Translations under genes and position numbers: made by a program
Shown: positions 9,801 to 18,671 of the stretch, piece after piece
Layout: each line of letters starts with the position of its first letter
Numbering within the stretch: position 1 is the first letter of the stretch
Notes under the pieces: model-generated
Seen by the model: the letters and a program-made list of their open reading frames with translations, nothing else
Database searches by the model: none
Told to the model about the DNA's origin: nothing
Source of the DNA: Parcubacteria bacterium SG8_24
GTDB taxonomy: Bacteria; Patescibacteriota; Patescibacteriia; SG8-24
Length of the DNA stretch: 62,749 nucleotides
Reading direction: 5' to 3'
Assembly: GCA_001303185.1 (NCBI GenBank)
Contig: LJNP01000001.1
Span: 1-62,749, forward strand

Positions 9801-9835
9801 TCGCCGGGCGGACCCGGCCGACGCCCCCGTCAGCC

Positions 9836-10951
9836 ATGCGCCAAAAGAAACCCGATCTGACTTTCACGATACTCCTCGGCGTCCTGATCCTGCTGGGTCT
9901 GGTGGTCCTGACTTCGGCTTCCGGTCCGGTGGCCTATCAGAAATTCGGCGATTCCTATTGGTATCTCAAGCACCAGGTGCTCTACGGGTTGTTGCCGGGC
10001 CTGGTGCTTTTTCTGTTGGCCTCGCGTATCGATTACCGGCTCTGGCGGCGCTGGTCCAAGGTTCTCTTCGTGATAGCGGTGACGGCGCTGCTTCTGGTCT
10101 TCGTGCCGGGGCTCAGTGCCGAGTGGGGCACGTCAAAAAGCTGGATCAGCCTGGCCGGCCTCTCCTTCCAGCCGGCCGAAATGGCCAAACTCTCCACGGT
10201 GTTCTTCCTGGCGACGCTCTTCGAACGGCAGCGCGACCGTGAAGGCGAGGTCGACGGGAGCCTCTGGCCCTTCCTGGCCGTCATCGGGTTGCTGGCGGCG
10301 CTGATCATGGCCCAGCCGGATCTCGGTTCGCTGTCCGTCATCATCGCCGCCTCTTTCCTGATCTATTTCCTGGCCGGCGCTCCCTGGAGGCACGTGGCCG
10401 GCCTGGTCGCCGGCGGTTTGTTGTCCATCGGCATCCTGGTCAAGACCGCGCCCTATCGGGCCGCCCGTCTGACCACCTTCCTGCATCCGGAACTCGATCC
10501 CCAGGGCATCGGTTATCACATCAACCAGGCTTTCCTGGCTATAGGTTCGGGCGGGCTCTTCGGGGTCGGTCTGGGCCACTCCCGTCAGAAATACCTCTAC
10601 TTGCCTGAGGTCGTCGGTGATTCGATCTTCGCCGTGCTGGCGGAGGAATTGGGATTCATCTTCACCCTGGCGGCGATCATGGTCATCATGGCCTTTGTCT
10701 GGCGCGGATTGACCATCGCCAAGAACGCCCCGGACACGTTCGGCCGGCTGGTCGCCGTCGGAATCATCGGTTGGGTATTCTTCCAGACGGTCTTCAATAT
10801 AGGGTCGATGGTCGGCATATTGCCGGTGACCGGCCTGCCCCTGCCGTTCGTCAGTTACGGAGGTACGGCCCTGGCTGTCCTTTTGGGGGCCATGGGAGTG
10901 GTAGTCAACATATCGAGGCAGTCCGCTACCCGGACCGTCCGTCGGATCTGA
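9836..10951 (+). CDS. ftsW: SEDS-family peptidoglycan polymerase FtsW/RodA
   Basis: Ten-TM SEDS pattern with C-terminal LPLPFVSYGGTALAV. It lies between mraY and murG. The start is taken at ATG 9836; the ORF track starts at GTG 9797, overlapping the lon stop. Confidence 0.85.
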   Translation: MRQKKPDLTFTILLGVLILLGLVVLTSASGPVAYQKFGDSYWYLKHQVLYGLLPGLVLFLLASRIDYRLWRRWSKVLFVIAVTALLLVFVPGLSAEWGTSKSWISLAGLSFQPAEMAKLSTVFFLATLFERQRDREGEVDGSLWPFLAVIGLLAALIMAQPDLGSLSVIIAASFLIYFLAGAPWRHVAGLVAGGLLSIGILVKTAPYRAARLTTFLHPELDPQGIGYHINQAFLAIGSGGLFGVGLGHSRQKYLYLPEVVGDSIFAVLAEELGFIFTLAAIMVIMAFVWRGLTIAKNAPDTFGRLVAVGIIGWVFFQTVFNIGSMVGILPVTGLPLPFVSYGGTALAVLLGAMGVVVNISRQSATRTVRRI

Positions 10952-10952
10952 T

Positions 10953-12026
10953 ATGGGTCGTGAAGCGCCGCACATCCTATTCGCCGGCGGCGGGACCCTG
11001 GGTCCAGTGACACCGCTCTTGGCCGTCGCCCAGTACCTGAAGGACCGGGGGGCGCGGTTTTCCTGGGTCGGTACGTCCGGGGGTCCGGAGAAGGGGATCG
11101 TGGAGGGTCAGGGCATCGCTTTCCACGCCATCCGTTCCGGCAAGCTTCGCCGCTACCTGTCCTGGAGGAACCTGAGCGACCCCTTCCTGGTCCTGGCCGG
11201 GACCTGTGATGCCTGGCGGCTGCTCGGCCGGCTGAGACCCGATGTGGTGGTGAGCGCCGGGGGTTTCGTAGCCGTGCCGGCGGTCTGGGCCGCCTGGCTC
11301 AGGCGCATCCCAGTCCACGTCCATCAGCAGGATTACCGTCCTGGTCTGGCCAACCGGCTTTCCGCCCCCTTCGCCGCTTCGATATCCGTGGCCTTCGAGA
11401 AATCGTTGGTCGATTTCGGCCAGGCCAAGACCGTCTGGACCGGCAATCCGGTGCGGCCGGCTGTCCGGCGCGGGGAGCGTGACCGGGCGATTCATCGGTT
11501 CGGACTCGACCCGTCGCGACCGACCGTCCTGGTGCTGGGAGGCGGCGGCGGTTCGGCCTCACTCAACGATCTGCTGAAGGCGTCCCTGGATACCGTCGGC
11601 GGCGTGGCGCAGGTCATCCATCTGACCGGCCGGGGCAAGGAAGCGGCCGCTGCCGCCCCGGGATACCACGCCTTCGAGCTCCTGGGGGAAGAGATGGCCG
11701 ACGCTTACGAGGCGGCGGATCTGGTGGTCTCGCGGGCCGGTATGGGCACCCTTTCCGAGATCGCCGCGTTGGGTAAGCCGGCGCTGATCATCCCCCTGCC
11801 CGGCACCCATCAGGAGGAGAACGCCCGTCATTTCGCCGATCAGGGCGGCGTGGCCTACCTGGACGAGTCGGGGCTGACGCCGCAGGAGTTCGGCCAGGCG
11901 GTCCGCCGGCTCATCAGGGACCGGGATCGTTTGCGGACACTGGCCGACAAGGTGAGTCGGGTGATGAAGCAGGAGGCCGAGCGGCGTGTAGCCGAGATGA
12001 TATTGGCGGCGGCACGGCCGGATTGA
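10953..12026 (+). CDS. murG: UDP-GlcNAc:lipid I N-acetylglucosaminyltransferase MurG
   Basis: N-terminal G-loop GGGTLGPVTPLLAV and C-terminal PLPGTHQEENARHF. It starts 2 nt after ftsW. Confidence 0.93.
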   Translation: MGREAPHILFAGGGTLGPVTPLLAVAQYLKDRGARFSWVGTSGGPEKGIVEGQGIAFHAIRSGKLRRYLSWRNLSDPFLVLAGTCDAWRLLGRLRPDVVVSAGGFVAVPAVWAAWLRRIPVHVHQQDYRPGLANRLSAPFAASISVAFEKSLVDFGQAKTVWTGNPVRPAVRRGERDRAIHRFGLDPSRPTVLVLGGGGGSASLNDLLKASLDTVGGVAQVIHLTGRGKEAAAAAPGYHAFELLGEEMADAYEAADLVVSRAGMGTLSEIAALGKPALIIPLPGTHQEENARHFADQGGVAYLDESGLTPQEFGQAVRRLIRDRDRLRTLADKVSRVMKQEAERRVAEMILAAARPD

Positions 12027-12044
12027 GTCACTGCGGCGGCCGGA

Positions 12045-12073
12045 TTGACAGGCAGCCCGGCCCGTGCTAACAT
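12045..12073 (+). promoter_or_regulatory. Candidate sigma70-type promoter (TTGACA-17-TAACAT)
   Basis: TTGACA at 12045-12050, a 17-nt spacer and TAACAT at 12068-12073, upstream of CDS 12137. Confidence 0.35.
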
Positions 12074-12136
12074 GGGCGGTTCATTAAACCGCCCTCAGGT
12101 TCCGTGAGGTTATCATCCGGACCATAAGGAAAGGAC

Positions 12137-12427
12137 ATGATCAAGGATAAGGTAAAAGACGATTCAGCCGACGCGCCGGTCCTTCAGGAGACATTGGATC
12201 GGTTGGTGGGGATAATCTATTCCTCGTACCGTTGTACCGATCCCGACCTGATGCTGTCCGCGGCCCGCCGCATCCTGGGCCGTCCCGGATTGAAGCACGG
12301 GATGCTGGAGAGTCTCACCGAACCCGAGGCTCAACGGCTCATCCAGGCGCTGGATGAAGCCTACCCGGACCGGCGTCAAAGCATGGTCGAGCGGGCCAAG
12401 AAGCACATCGTCCGCCGCATCTCCTAG
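12137..12427 (+). CDS. Hypothetical protein (96 aa)
   Basis: A good RBS (AAGGAAAGGA) precedes the ATG. The composition is protein-like. No motif was recognised. Confidence 0.6.
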   Translation: MIKDKVKDDSADAPVLQETLDRLVGIIYSSYRCTDPDLMLSAARRILGRPGLKHGMLESLTEPEAQRLIQALDEAYPDRRQSMVERAKKHIVRRIS

Positions 12428-12441
12428 GAGCGGCGGTCTTT

Positions 12442-12470
12442 TTGACACTTCAGACGTAAAATCGGATACT
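12442..12470 (+). promoter_or_regulatory. Candidate promoter (TTGACA-17-GATACT)
   Basis: TTGACA at 12442-12447, a 17-nt spacer and GATACT at 12465-12470, upstream of CDS 12502. Confidence 0.35.
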
Positions 12471-12501
12471 GAAGCCGACCCTAAATTATCCTAAAAGCGA
12501 T

Positions 12502-14838
12502 ATGACTGTGGCCGACGAAGAGAAAATGGGCAGTGCCCAGACCGAAAGTCGGGAGACCGGAGGAGGTAGGGGTGATTTCGGCATGCTGGGCGCCGAAGAG
12601 CTGAAACATCATCAGGCGGAGGTGGTCAAGTGGGATCAGGCCGTCCAGGCCGGAGACCCGGACGCCGCCCAGCAGCTGGAGCTGGCCAAGTTGCGTCAGG
12701 AGCTTTTCCTGAACGAGCACGACAACGCCGGCGCCTTCAAGTTCAAGCGGTTCGGCCGCGAGACTCGGGAGCTCTTCGAGGAACAGCACGACGATCAGGG
12801 TAATGTGGAACGACCCAAGGTATTGGAGTTCAAGGAGGGTGAGTTGAAGCTCCATCCGGACCACGAGAACCGTCGGATGGTCTTCATCAACATGGGTGAG
12901 CTCGATCGGTTCAATAAGGAAGGCGGCGGTCATGCCGCCGGGGACGCCGCCCTTACCGAGACGGCCCATATCATCGAGCAGAAGGTCCGGGAGGCCCTAG
13001 GCGAGGATGGTGGAAGCTATGAGATGTTCCGGTTCAGCGGTAACGAGTTTGCGGTCAGCTTCGACAACATCGACGACGACAAGCTGAACGAACTGATGGC
13101 GACGATCGAGCGGCAGGAACCGCGGGTGCCCGGCGTGGGCGAACCGGCACCACTGGTGGCTACCCGACTGGACATGGCCGACGTGGTGGAGATGGTCAAT
13201 GACGTCCAGAAGGAGATCGATCCGGCCTACCGGATCAAGGATGAGGACGACGCCAATCGCGAACTGATGGAGGTCCTCAAGAAGGGCGCCAATTACGATC
13301 TTGACGTCAGCAAGTTCAGTGCCCGGGTCGATCGGGTCAAGAACAAGCTACAGCGGGACGGCGTTGCAGGTACAGAGGCCTTCTACAAGAACTACATGGC
13401 CAAGATGTTCCGGGACACCAAGCTCAGTGTGGTCGACGAGGCCACTGGTGAGGTCGACGTGAAGAAGACCCTGGAGCGGTTCAGCGAATTGAGCGACGAA
13501 GAATCCCGTGAACTGGCCCTGGAATCGGCCCGCAACAAGCTCACTCAAGAGGCGGAGATCCAGGATCGCAAGGGTGCCATCATCAACGGTCGGGTCAAGG
13601 AAATCCGGCTCAAACAGCTGGCCGAAGCGCAGAAAGCGGAACGGGTCGAGGCTCCGGCCGTGGCTGAGGCCGCCGAAGTGTCGGCGGCGGAGAAGAAGCT
13701 GGCTCGGGTACCTGAAAAGACCGTCGGGCAACGTGTCCTGGATGAAACGGAGAAGGCCTGGAAAGAGGCCGAGGCGGCCGGGGACGAGTTCCGGGCGGAG
13801 AAGGCCAAACTGGAATATCAGATCGAAGTGGCCCGGCGGGACGCCGGCACCGGTCTATTGGAGAGGGGCGTGCATTATGAGGATTTGGAGAAATCGATCG
13901 AGGACGGTCAGGAGACCTCGACGGTCTTCATTGACATGGGTTTCCTCAAGTATTTCGATCAGCGAGGCGGGACCGATGTCGGTGATAACGCCCTGAAACT
14001 GGCAGCCAGCCTGATGGAGGAGGCGGTCGGCCGGGCAGCTGTCGACGCCAAGGTCTATCGTTATGGCGGCGACGAGTTCACCGTGCAGGTCCAGGGCGGT
14101 GAGGCTGAGATCGCCAAATACAAGAAGGCGCTCGCCGAACTGAAGAATGAGGCCGGCGCCGTGCCGACCGGGGCCCGGGGTACGGAAGACGGCTATATCC
14201 CGTCGGAGCTGGTGTTCAATTACGGTACGGCCGACCATGGGGTGATGGAAGCGGCTTTCGAGGACATGAAAGAGGCCGGACTGATCCCGGAGGACGACCT
14301 GACCGATCCGGACCGGGTCAATAACATCAAGGCTGAGATACTGACTACTATCGCCGACAAGGGTATCGAGCACGAGAAGGCGGTCGACCGGTTCCTGTTG
14401 TTGATCGAGGGACTGAGGAGCGAGGAATATGCCGCCGGCGGCGACCGGACCACTCAGGTCGATCAGCAGATCACCTTCTCCAACAAGGCGATTTTCGCCG
14501 AGGCCGGAGGCGAGGAAGAGTTGCGCCAATGGGCCAAGTCCGAGAAGAGTCCGGATGAGCTGAAACAGGATATCCAGGAATGGGTCGAACAACGCTCATT
14601 GGAGAAGGAGCAAGGCGACCAGGAGAAACGGGACAAGATGAACGAGATCATTGAGGCCCGGGGCCAGATCAGGTTCTATCAGGCGGAGATACGTCAGCTG
14701 GAAGAACAGAACAAGGAGTTGGGTGAGGAGAACCAGGAACTGCAGGGCCGGATCGGTCTCTATCAGAAGAAGATGAAGGACGCTGAGAGCCGTCTGGCGG
14801 ATATCGTCGAAGCACGTAGCGCCATTGACGAAGCCTGA
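12502..14838 (+). CDS. Twin GGDEF-like (diguanylate cyclase fold) protein with coiled-coil linker and tail
   Basis: Domain 1 is FINMGELDRFNKEGGGHAAGDAAL...YEMFRFSGNEFAVSF (degenerate SGNEF). Domain 2 is FIDMGFLKYFDQRGGTDVGDNALKL...KVYRYGGDEFTVQVQ (canonical GGDEF). The segments between and after them are Glu/Lys-rich and helical. Confidence 0.8.
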   Translation: MTVADEEKMGSAQTESRETGGGRGDFGMLGAEELKHHQAEVVKWDQAVQAGDPDAAQQLELAKLRQELFLNEHDNAGAFKFKRFGRETRELFEEQHDDQGNVERPKVLEFKEGELKLHPDHENRRMVFINMGELDRFNKEGGGHAAGDAALTETAHIIEQKVREALGEDGGSYEMFRFSGNEFAVSFDNIDDDKLNELMATIERQEPRVPGVGEPAPLVATRLDMADVVEMVNDVQKEIDPAYRIKDEDDANRELMEVLKKGANYDLDVSKFSARVDRVKNKLQRDGVAGTEAFYKNYMAKMFRDTKLSVVDEATGEVDVKKTLERFSELSDEESRELALESARNKLTQEAEIQDRKGAIINGRVKEIRLKQLAEAQKAERVEAPAVAEAAEVSAAEKKLARVPEKTVGQRVLDETEKAWKEAEAAGDEFRAEKAKLEYQIEVARRDAGTGLLERGVHYEDLEKSIEDGQETSTVFIDMGFLKYFDQRGGTDVGDNALKLAASLMEEAVGRAAVDAKVYRYGGDEFTVQVQGGEAEIAKYKKALAELKNEAGAVPTGARGTEDGYIPSELVFNYGTADHGVMEAAFEDMKEAGLIPEDDLTDPDRVNNIKAEILTTIADKGIEHEKAVDRFLLLIEGLRSEEYAAGGDRTTQVDQQITFSNKAIFAEAGGEEELRQWAKSEKSPDELKQDIQEWVEQRSLEKEQGDQEKRDKMNEIIEARGQIRFYQAEIRQLEEQNKELGEENQELQGRIGLYQKKMKDAESRLADIVEARSAIDEA

Positions 14839-14857
14839 ACGGTCGGAGCCGGCAGTC

Positions 14858-14886
14858 TTGACATCAGCGGCCGACCGGCCGATAGT
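14858..14886 (+). promoter_or_regulatory. Candidate promoter (TTGACA-17-GATAGT)
   Basis: TTGACA at 14858-14863 and GATAGT at 14881-14886. The downstream CDS has the RBS AAGGAG 7 nt before its ATG. Confidence 0.4.
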
Positions 14887-14945
14887 GTATTGTTGTCCGT
14901 CAGACGCATACGGATCCAGGAACGTTCCTTTCAAGGAGTACATTC

Positions 14946-15473
14946 ATGGCATGGTGGATCTATCTGATCATCTTGATTCTTTTCGCGCTCGCCGTCCTGG
15001 CCCTTCTGGCTTTCATGGACCGTCGGGCTGCCCGGCGCCGGGCCTGCCGGGATGACGCGTCGTCGTCGGAGGAGGTCGCTGGCAACGGTGAGACGGCTCC
15101 AGTCAATTTCTGGGAGGAGATGAACGCCTCGCTCGAGATGCTCAACCGGAGCGTCCGGGTCCTCCGTGAAGCCAACGCCAAGATGCGCCGGTCCGGCGCC
15201 GAATACCGGGATTCCGCGGCCCGATTGCGCGAGGCCGACCGTCGGATGAAGGAGGCCAACGTGACCCTGGAAGAGGCCAATTCCCGCCTGGAGGAGGCCG
15301 GGGCCCGACTCAGGGCGGTCACGTCGCGTATCGACCGTCCGGGGGCGACATCAGCCGATCCGGTCCGGACCTTCGAGGAATATCAGCGCCAGCAGGCCGA
15401 CGAAGCGATGAAGAAGTTCGAGGAGGCGGCCAAGAGCGGCCGGGTCGAGACCGACCCCGACAGGCTTCATTGA
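14946..15473 (+). CDS. N-terminally membrane-anchored coiled-coil protein
   Basis: TM helix WWIYLIILILFALAVLALLAFM followed by heptad-like repeats (EANAKMRRSGAEYRDSAARLREADRRMKEANVTLEEANSRLEEAGARL). Strong RBS. Confidence 0.7.
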   Translation: MAWWIYLIILILFALAVLALLAFMDRRAARRRACRDDASSSEEVAGNGETAPVNFWEEMNASLEMLNRSVRVLREANAKMRRSGAEYRDSAARLREADRRMKEANVTLEEANSRLEEAGARLRAVTSRIDRPGATSADPVRTFEEYQRQQADEAMKKFEEAAKSGRVETDPDRLH

Positions 15474-15477
15474 CGAC

Positions 15478-15503
15478 AGCGCCTATCCGGCGCTTTTTTT
15501 TTG
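15478..15503 (+). terminator. Rho-independent terminator
   Basis: Stem AGCGCC/GGCGCT with loop TATCC, followed by a 9-nt T run. Confidence 0.85.
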
Positions 15504-15520
15504 GTCGGACCGGGCTTATC

Positions 15521-15549
15521 TTGACTCGGTCGGGAAACGATGGTATCCT
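15521..15549 (+). promoter_or_regulatory. Candidate promoter (TTGACT-17-TATCCT)
   Basis: TTGACT at 15521-15526, a 17-nt spacer and TATCCT at 15544-15549. Confidence 0.4.
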
Positions 15550-15623
15550 GAGCTGTTCTTTAGATTACGTTTAGGCCCCGTTTCGGGTGCCTGACAGATA
15601 CGGTACCCAAACGGAGGTGCGCG

Positions 15624-16085
15624 ATGTCCCTTGAGTCGCGTTGTCAAATCCTGCCTTTTCCGGTCTCGGACCGATTGTATCTCGGCAAGCTGCACCGCAC
15701 GGTGCCCTGCCTGCGCCCGGTGCTCGGCCTGCTGGACCGTACTGACCCCGGCCGACGCGGACTCTTCGAAGAGGTGTTCGCTCAGGCCATGATGTTCCTG
15801 CCCCGACTTCCGGCGATGTCCGAAGGTGAGGCGCGGCAGATGGTGGCTGAGGCCCTGGCGGACGATACGGCCGTAGATGGGGAGCTCATCAGACAGGAGT
15901 TTCTCCTTCTGGCCTGTCGTGACGAGTGGCTGGCCGGTCGGTGGAACCGCCTGGTCCTGGAACGTCTCTCGGAGAGACCCTCCGGCGACCATCGCGACCT
16001 TCGGGTATACTTGGCTCTGGTGGCGCGGTTGCTGCGTCTGGACCGGGAGCGGCGTCACGCCGCCCTTCTGGGCACGGCTTCCTGA
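15624..16085 (+). CDS. Hypothetical protein (153 aa)
   Basis: RBS GGAGG lies 7 nt upstream of the ATG. Its helical, Leu/Arg-rich sequence is more protein-like than the overlapping minus-strand ORF 15516-16157. A terminator follows. Confidence 0.6.
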   Translation: MSLESRCQILPFPVSDRLYLGKLHRTVPCLRPVLGLLDRTDPGRRGLFEEVFAQAMMFLPRLPAMSEGEARQMVAEALADDTAVDGELIRQEFLLLACRDEWLAGRWNRLVLERLSERPSGDHRDLRVYLALVARLLRLDRERRHAALLGTAS

Positions 16086-16094
16086 AATCTCATC

Positions 16095-16122
16095 AGCACC
16101 GGCTTCCCCCGGTGCTTTTCTT
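16095..16122 (+). terminator. Rho-independent terminator
   Basis: Stem AGCACCGG/CCGGTGCT with loop CTTCCC, followed by TTTCTT. A second perfect 11-bp hairpin (GACACGGCCCC/GGGGCCGTGTC, about 16130-16156) follows. Confidence 0.7.
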
Positions 16123-16179
16123 ATAATCTGACACGGCCCCCGGAGGGGCCGTGTCATGTCTTTCGTTCGGGTATGTCGT

Positions 16180-17454
16180 TCAGGCTGCGGCGCGGCGGGC
16201 CGGAGGGGTCTTCTTGCGCAGCTTCTTCAGTTCGGCCGGCTTCTTCAGGGCCTCCTGCAGCCGCCGGATGAAGTCGCCGGCAGCGGCATCGGAATCCTTC
16301 CGTGTTGACGCGTCTTGGCGCCGGGCCGACAGGATGATCTCTTCGCGCAGGATCTCGGCACCGCCGTCCAGTACCAGGTTCTTCCATTCCTGCTGTTCGT
16401 CAGGGTTCTGTCCTTGCTCCAGCAGGTTACGGTAGGACTCCTGGACCCGTTTACGGAGATCGTCGACCTGATCCTTGGTCGCCTCGTCGGCGCCGACGTA
16501 GGATATCAGGCTGTCGGCCATCTCGTCGAGACCCTGCTCCAGGAACCATTCCACGTACTGGCGCCGGTCCTGGAGCGAATCTTCGGCTGGGCGATCCCAA
16601 GTCTTACGTCGGGCCTCCTGGAACATGCGGAGCATCTCGGTATCGTTCTGCAGGACCTCAATCGCCCTCTTGTCGCCTCTGACCTCGGCCCTCTCGGCCC
16701 GTTTTCCGGTCTTCTTTTCGACGCCGAGGTCCTTGGACATCCGCTTGAACAGCTGCTCCATCGCCTGTTCGCCGCTGAATTTGGCGCCCAGGAAGGCGTC
16801 AAAGGCGCTGCCTTGGTGTCCGGCCATGGCTTCTGCCGCGTATTCCGCCAGGGTCCGCGGACCCTTTTCCGGATCCTTGATCGTCTGTTCGACGCTGGGT
16901 TTGTCCTTCAGCCGGTCCAGGTGCCGCTCCCAGGCCTTGCGGAAATCGGCGTCCTTGAGGGCGAACAGCTCAATCAAGTCACTGATCCGTTCGCGGGTCG
17001 GCGCGCCGTGGACCGAACGGGTATCCATGCCGAGCTTCGTCTCCTGGTCATATATCTTGACCTGATCGTCCCACCAGCGCGCGAAATCCTTCTCCATCGA
17101 TTCGATCAGCCTCTCCCGCCCCCGCTCCTCCTCCTGTTTTTCTTGGAGCCAGCCCTTGGTCTCAGCCTCCATCCGACGTTTGGTAGACTCGTCAGGGTCA
17201 CCTTTCAGCTCAGTGAGCTTTTCGGTCGTGACAGGACTTTCGGTCCCGGCTGGACCGATTTCATCTGCTGCAGCGTCTTCGGCCGGTCGCGCCGCCTCGG
17301 CAGCCGACGCTTCGCTGGCCCGTTTGGCCTGTCTTGACCGAGCGCGGTCCCCGACCGTGGTCTGTATCTCGTCTTCTGCGATGGGTTCGGTACGACCCTT
17401 ATCCTCTTCGAGGTCCAGGTCACCGAACAGTTCTTGTCCCAGGTTCCTTTCCAT
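16180..17454 (-). CDS. Hypothetical highly charged helical protein (424 aa)
   Basis: Long ORF with coherent acidic/basic helical composition. No motif was recognised. The overlapping plus-strand ORFs are low-complexity. Confidence 0.7.
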   Translation of the reverse strand: MERNLGQELFGDLDLEEDKGRTEPIAEDEIQTTVGDRARSRQAKRASEASAAEAARPAEDAAADEIGPAGTESPVTTEKLTELKGDPDESTKRRMEAETKGWLQEKQEEERGRERLIESMEKDFARWWDDQVKIYDQETKLGMDTRSVHGAPTRERISDLIELFALKDADFRKAWERHLDRLKDKPSVEQTIKDPEKGPRTLAEYAAEAMAGHQGSAFDAFLGAKFSGEQAMEQLFKRMSKDLGVEKKTGKRAERAEVRGDKRAIEVLQNDTEMLRMFQEARRKTWDRPAEDSLQDRRQYVEWFLEQGLDEMADSLISYVGADEATKDQVDDLRKRVQESYRNLLEQGQNPDEQQEWKNLVLDGGAEILREEIILSARRQDASTRKDSDAAAGDFIRRLQEALKKPAELKKLRKKTPPARRAAA

Positions 17455-17640
17455 ATGGTGATGAACTCACTTAGTACTCGGTATAATCATAGCATATCCG
17501 GACGTTTTTGTCAAGCTCTTTTTGCTGTAAATTAAGTGAAAAAATGGTTTCATTGTTAGCTATTTCGGTCAGACGTGGATTAAGCTATAATATGCTGAGA
17601 ACGGACACGTCTAAATCCGAGTTGTTCGGACCCTCACCAT

Positions 17641-17865
17641 ATGGAGATAGTCGGTCATGACGCCGGAGAACTGTATGAGGAACTGAAAGGCCGCGCCTTC
17701 GAGGCCGGCGCCTTCTCACGCGAGGCCTGGAACGAATTGGCCGAGCAGCTGCTCGAAGAGAAGCGGGAAGATCAGGAAATGGACGATGACGATCCGTGGA
17801 AAGGTCTGCTTGAGCAGTTGCAGGACCGGTACGGCGATTTCGCGAGGGAAATCAGGGAGATGTGA
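17641..17865 (+). CDS. Hypothetical small acidic protein (74 aa)
   Basis: Protein-like acidic helical sequence. The RBS is weak. Confidence 0.4.
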   Translation: MEIVGHDAGELYEELKGRAFEAGAFSREAWNELAEQLLEEKREDQEMDDDDPWKGLLEQLQDRYGDFAREIREM

Positions 17866-17875
17866 GGTACCGGTC

Positions 17876-17904
17876 TTGTCAGCTTCATCGGCGGCTGGTA
17901 TCTT
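17876..17904 (+). promoter_or_regulatory. Candidate promoter for tRNA-Lys (TTGTCA-17-TATCTT)
   Basis: TTGTCA at 17876-17881, a 17-nt spacer and TATCTT at 17899-17904, about 20 nt upstream of the tRNA 5' end. Confidence 0.4.
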
Positions 17905-17925
17905 GGGTCTGCATAATTCCATCTC

Positions 17926-18001
17926 GGGTCGGTAGCTCAGTCGGCAGAGCAGCAGCCTTTTAAGCTGACGGTCCTGGGTTCGAGCCCCAGCCGACCCACC
18001 A
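17926..18001 (+). tRNA. tRNA-Lys (anticodon UUU), CCA encoded
   Basis: Cloverleaf folded by hand: acceptor GGGTCGG/CCGACCC, D arm GCTC...GAGC, anticodon loop CTTTTAA, T arm CTGGG-TTCGAGC-CCCAG, discriminator A, CCA. Confidence 0.95.
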
Positions 18002-18005
18002 TGAG

Positions 18006-18040
18006 AAAACCCCACCGCGAGGTGGGGTTTTCTCTTCTTT
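18006..18040 (+). terminator. Rho-independent terminator after tRNA-Lys
   Basis: Stem AAAACCCCACC/GGTGGGGTTTT with a GCGA tetraloop, followed by a T-rich tract. Confidence 0.8.
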
Positions 18041-18136
18041 CGGGTCGGATGGGCGAGCCAGGTCTTCAGTCGGGACTGGACCGATTGCGTAAATTCCGGT
18101 AGAATTAAAGCAGGAATCAAGCTAATAACGCCTCGT

Positions 18137-18448
18137 ATGGCAGAGACAAATCTTACTGAAAATCTCATTTCCGCGCTCGGTCTGGAATCGCTTCCCGAAG
18201 AGCGTCGTGTCGCCATGGTCAACCGGATGGCCGACATCGTCCAGAAGCGGGTGATACTGCGCATCATGGATTCGCTTTCCGAGGAAGATGCGGTCGAAGC
18301 GGAAAAGCTGGCCGACGATCCGGAGAAGCTGCTCGGTTTCCTGATGACCCGGGTCGACGATATCGGCGCCCTCCTGGCTCATGAGGTGGACCGGCTGAGG
18401 AACGAATTGGTTTCAGAGGCGGGGGTCGAACCTCCCGTCCAGGAATGA
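18137..18448 (+). CDS. Hypothetical protein (103 aa)
   Basis: Helical acidic protein. It is the first gene of a tight three-gene set (gaps of 3 and 13 nt). Confidence 0.65.
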   Translation: MAETNLTENLISALGLESLPEERRVAMVNRMADIVQKRVILRIMDSLSEEDAVEAEKLADDPEKLLGFLMTRVDDIGALLAHEVDRLRNELVSEAGVEPPVQE

Positions 18449-18451
18449 GTT

Positions 18452-18658
18452 ATGGCCGCCAAGGCGAAACAAGATATCCAGCCGGTCGATACTGAAGAGC
18501 TGCTCCGGGAGATGGCGCGGATCCATGAGGAATACCTTGCTCAGATGCGGCAGCTGCAGCAGAGACAGAACGCGCTGCTCAAGGAAGTGGTGCGTCGTAT
18601 CGAGGTCGCCAAGGCTGAGAGGCTGACCGAAGAGATAAAGGAGGACGAAGACAAGTAA
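18452..18658 (+). CDS. Hypothetical coiled-coil protein (68 aa)
   Basis: Heptad-like sequence EELLREMARIHEEYLAQMRQLQQRQNALLKEVVRRIE. It lies between two co-oriented genes. Confidence 0.55.
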   Translation: MAAKAKQDIQPVDTEELLREMARIHEEYLAQMRQLQQRQNALLKEVVRRIEVAKAERLTEEIKEDEDK

Positions 18659-18671
18659 TCCGTCGTTAGCT

